Shown here piece after piece: positions 49,196 to 56,655 of a DNA stretch of 64,000 nt. The notes under the pieces were generated by a model. The model searched no databases. It was not told where the DNA came from and saw only the letters and a program-made list of their open reading frames with translations. Every line of letters begins with the position of its first letter. Within the stretch, counting starts at the first letter, position 1. The position numbers and the translations under genes were made by a program. The stretch is from an uncultured Spirochaetota bacterium (GTDB lineage Bacteria > Spirochaetota > Spirochaetia > JAFGXN01), in NCBI GenBank assembly GCA_944388995.1, contig CALXKN010000008.1, positions 17,160 to 81,159 on the forward strand, given 5' to 3'.

Positions 49196-50356
49196 ATGAA
49201 ACAGAAAATTGTTTATATTGCCGGCTTTCGTCAGCATGCCGGAAAAACAACCACCTCGCTCGGCATGATCCATTCGTTGAGCCGAATTTTCGATCCCGAC
49301 GACATCGGCTACATTAAACCGGTCGGTCAAGAAACCGTCGAAATCGAGGATGGAAAAAAAATCGATAAAGACGCGGCTGTCATCAAAAAATTCTGTCTGC
49401 CCAATCTCGACCTACGCTATGTTTCTCCTGTTCAAATTGCTTCCGGCGTCACGAAACAGTATTTGACTTCAAAGCATAAATCGCATTTGACAAAAGAGTA
49501 TGCGCAGAAAATTGCCGACTCCGTCGAAAAAATGAAAGATAAAAAAATCATTATCGCTGAAGGAACCGGACACCCCGGCGTCGGCAGCCTCATCGGATTA
49601 TCGAATGCCGACGTCAGCAAAATGCTGAAAGCGCCGGTTTTGTATTTAGCAGGCGGCGGCTTGGGTAAAAGCCTCGATATGCTTTCGCCCGATTTGAGTT
49701 ACTTCACCGTCAACGGCGCCGATTTCCGCGGTGTGATTTTCAATAAACTTTTTCCGCAAAAATTGGATGAGATGAAAGGATACCTCTCCGAAAAAAATAT
49801 CAACGACATTTACCGCCGCCGTCGCTCACTGTCGGTGCTCGGCTATTTTCCCGAAGACGATATTTTGAATCAGCCGTCAATGGCGCTGTTGGTCCGCAAA
49901 TTTCCCAATGCGTATTTAACGGAAATTGTCAGTGAAAAACAGTGGGAGAAGCCGTCGCGTTCGGTAAAAATCATCACTCTTCCTCATCAAATTTTCGAAC
50001 CGGAAGAGTATCTTCATGCCGGAGATATTGTTCTTCTGAATGCGGCTTCGACAAGAAGGTTAAAGAAGATTTTGGAATTCAACAGTGTTCTTGAAGATAA
50101 ACTCGGCGGCATCATCCTCTCTTGCAGTGACAAACAGCCTCGGGAGGTTTTAGAGGAAAAAGCAAAGCTGCTTGAAAAACAGAATCTGCCGTTCTTTTTC
50201 GTTCCGCTGACAACAAGTGAAATTGAGACAACAGTCAGAAAAGCCGCTGAAAATACAAAATTGCAAATCTACGACGATGATAAAATCGCCAAAGTCAAAG
50301 CCATGTTCGATCACTATTTTGACTTGGAAAAATTTCGGAGAATTTATAAAATATGA
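49196..50356 (+). CDS. stand-alone BioD-like P-loop plus DRTGG-domain protein (like the N-terminal half of long phosphotransacetylases)
   Basis: The ATG at 49196 follows AGAGGGA. IAGFRQHAGKTTTSLG is the P-loop. The architecture resembles the Pta N-terminal regulatory region, and no PTA catalytic domain is present. Confidence 0.55.
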   Translation: MKQKIVYIAGFRQHAGKTTTSLGMIHSLSRIFDPDDIGYIKPVGQETVEIEDGKKIDKDAAVIKKFCLPNLDLRYVSPVQIASGVTKQYLTSKHKSHLTKEYAQKIADSVEKMKDKKIIIAEGTGHPGVGSLIGLSNADVSKMLKAPVLYLAGGGLGKSLDMLSPDLSYFTVNGADFRGVIFNKLFPQKLDEMKGYLSEKNINDIYRRRRSLSVLGYFPEDDILNQPSMALLVRKFPNAYLTEIVSEKQWEKPSRSVKIITLPHQIFEPEEYLHAGDIVLLNAASTRRLKKILEFNSVLEDKLGGIILSCSDKQPREVLEEKAKLLEKQNLPFFFVPLTTSEIETTVRKAAENTKLQIYDDDKIAKVKAMFDHYFDLEKFRRIYKI

Positions 50357-51177
50357 AAAATCCCAATGAAGACTTTAAACGCATTACGGTTGACCAAAAT
50401 CTCTTCGACACCATTCGCCGAAAAAACGCCTTTATCTGCGATATGGATGGTGTTCTGTATCACGGCAATCGCCTGATTCCCGGCGCCAAAGATTTTATCG
50501 AGTGGCTGAAACGGGAAAAGAAAAAATTCCTGTTTCTCACCAACAGCTCCGAACGATCACCGCAGGAGTTGGCTGACAAACTGCACCGGTTGGGAATTGA
50601 TGTTGATAAGGAGCATTTTTATACCAGTGCTCTGGCGACAGCCGAATTTCTGGCGTCCCAAAAACCGGGCGGCAGTGCCTATATTATCGGGGAAGCAGGA
50701 CTGATTAATGCTCTTTACAATGTCGGATATACAATCAATGATGTCAATCCCGATTATGTGGTAGTCGGAGAGGCCCGAACCTACAATTTGGAGGTACTGA
50801 CTCATTCCGTCAATCTGGTTCGACGCGGCGCACGGCTGGTCGGCACCAACCCCGATATTACGGGACCGGTTGAGAAAGGAATTATGCCGGCGACGGGAGC
50901 GCTGGTCAAACCGATCGAGCTGGCAACGGGGAAAAAATGCTACTTTGTCGGAAAACCGAATCCGCTGATGATGCGCACCGCTTTGAAAAAATTGGGGTGT
51001 GTGCGGGAAGAAACGGCGATTATCGGCGACCGGATGGATACCGATATCCTCGCCGGCGTCGAAACCGAAATGGATACCGTTCTCGTCTTATCCGGCGTCA
51101 CATCGCCCGAAGAAATCGACACCTATGCTTACAGGCCGAAAATTGTTATCAATGATGTCGGGGATTTTGCCCGGTAA
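50353..51177 (+). CDS. HAD-IIA family hydrolase (NagD-like)
   Basis: FICDMDGVLY (DxDG), LTNSS and GDRMDTDI motifs. The start overlaps the upstream stop by 4 nt. Confidence 0.8.
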   Translation: MKNPNEDFKRITVDQNLFDTIRRKNAFICDMDGVLYHGNRLIPGAKDFIEWLKREKKKFLFLTNSSERSPQELADKLHRLGIDVDKEHFYTSALATAEFLASQKPGGSAYIIGEAGLINALYNVGYTINDVNPDYVVVGEARTYNLEVLTHSVNLVRRGARLVGTNPDITGPVEKGIMPATGALVKPIELATGKKCYFVGKPNPLMMRTALKKLGCVREETAIIGDRMDTDILAGVETEMDTVLVLSGVTSPEEIDTYAYRPKIVINDVGDFAR

Positions 51178-51324
51178 CAGATAACCGGGTTATATCCGAA
51201 AAAAGAGAAAAAAACGGACGAAATATGAACGTCCGCTTTTTTTATATTGACAGAAAAATGAACATAAATTATATTTGTAGTGAGTGTATCACTCATTTTA
51301 AAACATTTTTTATGAGAGGAAGAG

Positions 51325-53007
51325 GTGGAGTTTATGGGAAGTTTTTCTGTTCGGAAACGGAAACAGTTCGTTTGTTTTTCTGTATTAAAAGCGTTGACAG
51401 CAGCAGCCGTCTTAACGGTCATGTCGTGCGGCGGAGCCGTAGCTGTCGAAAATGTCAAAGTCACGCCGACGGCACTGTCGCTGGGCATCGGCGAAACGGC
51501 GGTTTTAAAAGCGGAAGTGGAACCGGCAGACGCCTCCGTGAACGCGGTGCTTTGGAGCGTTACGCAAGGAACGGCCGTCACGGTGGACGGATACGGCAAG
51601 GTCACGGCAATGACAGCCGGTACGGCAACCGTCACAGCGGAAACGGTCGACGGCGGTAAAACGGCTTCGTGTACGGTGACGGTCGGCAGTATCAGCGACG
51701 GAACAGGCGGAACAGACGGAACAGGAGAAACAGGCGGAACGGTGGCCGTTGAATCCGTTACGCTTGACCGTTCGTCGGTGACGCTGGGAGTCGGCAACTC
51801 GGTCACGCTGCAGGCAACGGTCGAACCGGCGGAAGCAGCCGCCACGGTGGTCTGGAGTCTGGCTTCCGGTGACGGCATTGTGACGGTCGACCAGAAAGGA
51901 CGTATTACGGCAAAAGCGATCGGTGCGGCAACTGTGGCTGTCGAAGCCGGCGGTGAAACGGCCACCTGTCTGGTTACGGTCATTCGGGAAGGTGTCATTG
52001 CCGATTTGGCTTTTATTGACGCGGTTGAAAGAGATATGCAATCAACTTGGGGCCTTAACGACGGTTGGGTTAAAGAAATTGACGGAACCGTACGGATGAA
52101 TTGGCGAAATATGAAAATCGTTAAAGAGGTTACAGAATTGTACTTGAGTAATGAAAATCTTTCTTCTTTGGACGGAATCGAATATTTTACCGGTTTGGAA
52201 TTGTTATCCTGCAGCAATAACCGGCTGACAGCATTGGATGTCGGAAATTTGCACAATTTAAAAACATTGTATTGCGGTAACAATCAGATAGAAACAGGGA
52301 AGCTGATTTTACCGCCGCAGCTTACCTATTTGAGCTGCTCTGATAACCGGTTGGAACAACTGGATGAAACGGTATTACCGGCCGGTCTGACGGAATTGTA
52401 TTGCCAAAATAATCCGCTGACAAAATTGGAAGTGGGAACGCTTACGAAACTGACAAAATTGGACTGTGCCGGAGGACAATTAACACGATTATCGGTAAAC
52501 GGATTAACCGAATTGACCTATCTGGCCTGCGGTTTTAACAATCTTTCTCATCTGGATATAGCAATGGGTAGAGAAGAAATCAATTCAAATCTGGAAACAT
52601 TGTACTGTCAGTATAATAATTTGGCTTATATAAACGTATATGAAATAAAGACATTGAAAGTTCTTGTCTGTGACAATAATAAAATCAGCAGTTTGAACCT
52701 ACCGTACTCGACTTCCACAGAGCAAAGTCCGTTGTACTATCTGACATGTTCCGGAAATAATATAAGCCGGCTGGATGTGGCAAAGTACATAAAGCTCAAC
52801 GCTCTGGATTGCGAAAAAAATGAAATAACCGAATTAAATATTACTAAGCTGACCGGTTTAACATCAACATCTTTTTTCCGCTGCGGAGGGCAGAGAAATG
52901 AAAGCAATCAAATGGTTTTACATCTGACAAGTGATCAGAATACTTTATGGACAAAGAATTGGAAAAAATATAACAACGGTGTCGAAACCCGAATCGCAGA
53001 GCCGTAA
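51325..53007 (+). CDS. surface lipoprotein with three Big_2 Ig-like domains and a C-terminal leucine-rich-repeat array
   Basis: Lipobox LTVMSCGG. There are three units of the form VxVxPxxxSLxxGETxxLxAxVEPAxA...TVTA. These are followed by about ten 22-23-aa LRRs (LxxLxCxxNxLxxLDV). Confidence 0.8.
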   Translation: MEFMGSFSVRKRKQFVCFSVLKALTAAAVLTVMSCGGAVAVENVKVTPTALSLGIGETAVLKAEVEPADASVNAVLWSVTQGTAVTVDGYGKVTAMTAGTATVTAETVDGGKTASCTVTVGSISDGTGGTDGTGETGGTVAVESVTLDRSSVTLGVGNSVTLQATVEPAEAAATVVWSLASGDGIVTVDQKGRITAKAIGAATVAVEAGGETATCLVTVIREGVIADLAFIDAVERDMQSTWGLNDGWVKEIDGTVRMNWRNMKIVKEVTELYLSNENLSSLDGIEYFTGLELLSCSNNRLTALDVGNLHNLKTLYCGNNQIETGKLILPPQLTYLSCSDNRLEQLDETVLPAGLTELYCQNNPLTKLEVGTLTKLTKLDCAGGQLTRLSVNGLTELTYLACGFNNLSHLDIAMGREEINSNLETLYCQYNNLAYINVYEIKTLKVLVCDNNKISSLNLPYSTSTEQSPLYYLTCSGNNISRLDVAKYIKLNALDCEKNEITELNITKLTGLTSTSFFRCGGQRNESNQMVLHLTSDQNTLWTKNWKKYNNGVETRIAEP

Positions 53008-53042
53008 TCCGCACCGGACTTATTGATTCAACAGATAAAACG

Positions 53043-53068
53043 AAAACGGCCCGGATTCGGGCCGTTTT
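53043..53068 (+). terminator. rho-independent terminator after the LRR gene
   Basis: AAAACGGCCCG-GATT-CGGGCCGTTTT. Confidence 0.7.
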
Positions 53069-53403
53069 CGATAAGGAATATTGTGCGGAAAGCGGATCAT
53101 AAAGAGAGAAAACACTCATTATAAATGAGATAAAAATTCAATTTAAACAAGGACAAAAAAGAAATCCGTTCGGGCATTCCGAATACTTTAATGAGTACAT
53201 TAATCATTTAAAATGAGTAAACCGGCCGTCTTCCGGGTTGCGCCGGAAAAATGTCTGTTTGTCCTTGGCAGAAATCACTGCCGTCGGAAAGAATCGCCGA
53301 CAGGTTAAACTGTCGACGGTCTGATTCGGTCGGCATGGTTTTACAGCGGCTTTTCAAACCGATCGAGGCGGCGCCATTCTGCCTGAGCACTCATAAATGA
53401 TTC

Positions 53404-55218
53404 CTATTCTTTTTTTTCGAAAACGTATCTGATGTCAAAACTGTCGAGAGCATCAAATGTCACATTTTCCCATTTATTGCGAACGGCCAAAAACGCATAC
53501 GGCCGCACCAGATAAACCAGCGGCACCTCTTCCCAAATGATTGACTGGTAACGGTCCCACAACGCTTTCGCCTTTTCGGCATCCGCGGTGTAGGAGGCTT
53601 CCGTATACAGACGGTCGATTTCGGCTTCCCATTCGGTTGCCGGCGTTTTCTGATTTGGATACCACATATGGAGGTTGCCGCCGCTCGGCCACACGTTGAC
53701 GCCCTGGCTCGGAAACAGGTTGCTGCCGGAAAGCGCAATCGACAACGACTGCCAATCGAACGAGTAGAGGAGGGAGTCTACCATTTTCGCAAAATCGACC
53801 GTGCGGATTTCCATCGCAATTCCCTGTTTTTTCAAATCATCGGCATAAATGTTGGCAATGTCCGACAGCTGCGGATTGTCAGCGGAAATCCAAAAGTCAA
53901 ACGCGACGGCGTTGCCCTCTTTATCGCGTAAAACGCCGGCAGAGTCCTTCTCCATTCCGATAGACGTCAACAGCGCGGCCGCTTTTTCCGGATTGTAAAA
54001 ATAGTTGAAAACAAGACTCTCCTCAAACACCGGCGAGGCTTCATGAAAAAAGTGGGTGACCGGTTTCGCTAAACCACGGTAAACATTGCGGATGATTTTT
54101 TCCCGATCCAGAAGGCAGCTCATTGCCTGCCGGAACTCTTTCTGTGAAAACCAATTATAATACTTGCGAGGCAGCGCACTGCGGTTAGGGTTTTGATTCC
54201 ACGTGATAAAAGCCGCTGTCGGAGCCGGACCGCCGTTAATCACCTCGTAACCGCCTTTTTCCTGTTCGGACAGCACGGAATCCAAATCGGCAGGCATCAC
54301 CGACAGCGTTTCCAGTTCGCCGTTTTTGAAAAGCAGCAGCTGCGTTGAAGGATTGGAAACGAACGAAAAACGCACCGTATCAAGGTAGGGCAGCCGCTGA
54401 CCGACGCTGTCTTCCAAAAAATAGTGCGGGTTGCGCCGCAGCTCCAAAACCAGTCCGGGCGTGTAACGGCTGATGTAAAACGGTCCGGCAGTCGGAACGG
54501 TGCTCGGATCGGTATTAATGGTAATAAAATCAATGACACGTTGAGAGCCGCCTTCCTTCTTTGCCGCCTCATAAAGAAACCGCGGCCCGATTTGCAGATT
54601 CGCCGCCAACAAAGGATCGGCGACAATTCGCGGAAAAGTCAGCCGAAACGACGAATCGGTCAGCTTCTCCGCGGTAATTTCGCCGCGGCTCCCGTCCGGC
54701 ATCGGCACAAACATCCCCGAATATTCAGCCATATTCAAAGCCGGATCTTTGATGATTTCCTCAATCCAAAAAACAGCGTCGTCGGCATTGAATGCGATTG
54801 TTTCGCCTGTCTTCGGCACAAACCAACACAAACCCGACTTAAATGTGAAATCAACCTCGGTGACCTGACGCTGCTCATCAACACGGACTTCAAAATCGGC
54901 AATGTGCCCCGACCATTTTTTTTCATAAACATCATATTCCAACAAATACGGACAAAGGTAACTCATCACAGCGCTCGTTGGTAAATCATTGATACGCGTC
55001 AAATTGAATGTCGACGGGTCCGACTCCATCGCCTCGTTCCAAACCCCACCGTAACGTCCGATTTTCCGCTCTCCGCCGCCCGGCCGAACCGTCATCTGCG
55101 ACAGAAAGCCGTTTTGGGCTTCCGCCCGCAAAGCCGCCGCCTCCTGCGTCGACACTTCCTTTTTCGGACCGCATGAAACTGCAGCCGCCGCCAAAACCGC
55201 CAAAAAAAAGCCCTTCAT
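53404..55218 (-). CDS. ABC transporter substrate-binding lipoprotein, family 5 (peptide/nickel, OppA/DppA-like)
   Basis: Lipobox AAAVSCGP. The 604-aa size and sequence texture fit SBP_bac_5. No cognate permease genes lie in the window. Confidence 0.75.
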   Translation of the reverse strand: MKGFFLAVLAAAAVSCGPKKEVSTQEAAALRAEAQNGFLSQMTVRPGGGERKIGRYGGVWNEAMESDPSTFNLTRINDLPTSAVMSYLCPYLLEYDVYEKKWSGHIADFEVRVDEQRQVTEVDFTFKSGLCWFVPKTGETIAFNADDAVFWIEEIIKDPALNMAEYSGMFVPMPDGSRGEITAEKLTDSSFRLTFPRIVADPLLAANLQIGPRFLYEAAKKEGGSQRVIDFITINTDPSTVPTAGPFYISRYTPGLVLELRRNPHYFLEDSVGQRLPYLDTVRFSFVSNPSTQLLLFKNGELETLSVMPADLDSVLSEQEKGGYEVINGGPAPTAAFITWNQNPNRSALPRKYYNWFSQKEFRQAMSCLLDREKIIRNVYRGLAKPVTHFFHEASPVFEESLVFNYFYNPEKAAALLTSIGMEKDSAGVLRDKEGNAVAFDFWISADNPQLSDIANIYADDLKKQGIAMEIRTVDFAKMVDSLLYSFDWQSLSIALSGSNLFPSQGVNVWPSGGNLHMWYPNQKTPATEWEAEIDRLYTEASYTADAEKAKALWDRYQSIIWEEVPLVYLVRPYAFLAVRNKWENVTFDALDSFDIRYVFEKKE

Positions 55219-55224
55219 GCCGCC

Positions 55225-55253
55225 ATAGTAAAAGAAAGCCGCCGTCCTGTCAA
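55225..55253 (-). promoter_or_regulatory. sigma70-type promoter abutting the start codon of the SBP gene (leaderless geometry)
   Basis: On the minus strand the sequence is TTGACA, 17 nt, TACTAT, GGCGGC, then ATG (55218). No Shine-Dalgarno is present. Confidence 0.5.
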
Positions 55254-55254
55254 C

Positions 55255-55421
55255 CTTTTCGTTTTTTGGGCGCGCGCCCCTGCGGGGCGCCGGGCTTTCC
55301 GCTGCAATTCGCAGCCTCCCTGCGCCTTCACCGCGGCAAAGCTGCCGCTTTGCCCTGCGCCTTCTCTCCGTCGGCAGCTCATTTCCGCTTCAATCCCTCG
55401 CGCCTTCGGCAAGGTGCTGCG
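55255..55421. repeat. GC-rich structured repeat, copy A (167 bp)
   Basis: Identical to 56426..56591 apart from one extra T. It contains the hairpins GCGCCCC-TGC-GGGGCGC, GCTGC-AATTC-GCAGC and GCGGCA-AAGC-TGCCGC, plus internal sub-repeats (TTTCCGCTnCAAT, CCTGCGCCTTC). Confidence 0.9.
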
Positions 55422-55631
55422 GAAATCGGCATTTTATTGTTTTAGTGTAAAAATGGGAACTTCCGAAAACAGTCAACCGTTTTTCGGAAAAATAACTGCC
55501 CTAAACGTATTTTTGTGTTATAATAACTCCAATAAAAATTTCGTATGGCAAACACAGCAAAAGCAAAACCCGAAAAAAACGCCGATTAAAACCGGAGCGG
55601 AAGATTCGGGAGAAACTTGGAGCGATCGGGT

Positions 55632-55922
55632 ATGAGCTGTAATCTTCCTGAAAGCGTGGTTTTCGATATTGAACGATTCGCAAAGAAAAACAAGATTAAA
55701 AAGGTCGTTCTGTTTGGCTCCCGCGCGAGGGGCAATCATTCGGAACGAAGCGACATTGATTTGGCGGTCAGCGGTGGAAACGCGGCGGATTTTTATTACG
55801 ACGTCAATGAAGAAGCGCGGACTCTTTTAATTTTTGATGTGGTCAATCTGGACGGACCGGTCAGCGGCGAACTGCGCGCCGAAATAGAAAAGGACGGAGT
55901 TTTACTCTATGAAGAAATTTGA
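55632..55922 (+). CDS. minimal nucleotidyltransferase (MNT), antitoxin partner of HEPN (HI0073-like)
   Basis: LFGSRARGNHSERSDIDLAV carries the GSxxRG...DxD NTase motif. The ATG at 55632 is used, whereas the track uses an upstream TTG. Confidence 0.85.
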   Translation: MSCNLPESVVFDIERFAKKNKIKKVVLFGSRARGNHSERSDIDLAVSGGNAADFYYDVNEEARTLLIFDVVNLDGPVSGELRAEIEKDGVLLYEEI

Positions 55923-56304
55923 CAATTTTTGCAAAGCGCTTTCGAATTTGCGGGAAGGATTGCAGCTTGAAGAACCGTATTCTGTCGTCGAACGGACGGG
56001 CATCATCGGGCTGTTTGAAATTTGCTTTGAGCAGGCATGGAAGCTGATGAAAGCGGTTTTGGAAGAGCACGGCAGGACAATCGACCGCGTCGGTTCCCCG
56101 AAAGTTGTCATTCAGCTTGCATATCAGAGCGGGATGATTGACGACAGCGAAAAATGGCTTTCCCTGCTCAGAGATCGAAATATCCTTGCTCACACCTACA
56201 GCGACGAAGATTCGCTTGCCGTGATTCGAACGTTAAAGACGGACTACGAGCCCTTGTTCGCCACCCTCAAAGAAGAGATTGAAACGCGCCGGCTTTCGGC
56301 GTAA
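55909..56304 (+). CDS. HEPN-domain toxin / nucleotidyltransferase substrate-binding protein (HI0074-like)
   Basis: 131 aa. It overlaps the MNT gene by 14 nt and carries the RNILAH Rx4H HEPN motif. Confidence 0.85.
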   Translation: MKKFDNFCKALSNLREGLQLEEPYSVVERTGIIGLFEICFEQAWKLMKAVLEEHGRTIDRVGSPKVVIQLAYQSGMIDDSEKWLSLLRDRNILAHTYSDEDSLAVIRTLKTDYEPLFATLKEEIETRRLSA

Positions 56305-56425
56305 AGCGGAGGCGCGAAACAACTGAGTCCGGTATGAAAGTAGAAGAAATGGGAGCGAAAACTCTTTCAATCGCCACTGATTCTGCCAGCATCTTTACAT
56401 TTGGCTCCGCCCCCCCTCGCTGAAT

Positions 56426-56591
56426 CTTTTCGTTTTTTGGGCGCGCGCCCCTGCGGGGCGCCGGGCTTTCCGCTGCAATTCGCAGCCTCCCGCGCCTTCA
56501 CCGCGGCAAAGCTGCCGCTTTGCCCTGCGCCTTCTCTCCGTCGGCAGCTCATTTCCGCTTCAATCCCTCGCGCCTTCGGCAAGGTGCTGCG
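56426..56591. repeat. GC-rich structured repeat, copy B (166 bp)
   Basis: A direct repeat of 55255..55421 in the same orientation, on the other side of the MNT/HEPN pair. Confidence 0.9.
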
Positions 56592-56655
56592 AAAGAGGCG
56601 TCTGAAAACTATAAATATGAGAACAATCTCATTTAAACCTCATCCATTTTTATCT

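Noticed and set aside
51129-52283. 384-aa minus-strand ORF, rich in Ser/Thr/Val/Pro.
   Set aside because: It is entirely antisense to the Big_2 domain repeats of the LRR lipoprotein gene. The plus-strand frame has recognisable Ig-like and LRR motifs and a lipobox. This is a shadow ORF created by the GC-rich repetitive coding sequence.
53069-53403. A 335-bp gap downstream of the SBP gene, containing a 60-aa ORF (53208..53390) and a 17-codon ORF. It might be a relic of an ABC permease gene or a regulatory RNA.
   Set aside because: No recognisable motif, repeat or convincing secondary structure was found. It is left unannotated.
55215-55412. 65-aa ORF, and the matching 71-aa ORF at 56367..56582, inside the GC-rich repeats (MPKARGIEAEMSCRRREGAGQSGSFAAVKA...).
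   Set aside because: Both sit inside hairpin-rich repeat DNA and have Arg/Ala/Gly-biased composition. Their ends differ depending on the flanking sequence, and no RBS is present. A coding role cannot be fully excluded, but an RNA or DNA element is more likely.
55255-56591. The idea that the GC-rich repeats, or the 58-bp repeats at 60643 and 63943, are integron attC sites. Treponema chromosomal integrons are known and often carry TA cassettes.
   Set aside because: Neither element has the RYYYAAC ... GTTRRRY core pair or the long imperfect palindrome of attC. No intI gene or attI is in the window. The 58-bp pair encloses five genes rather than single cassettes.
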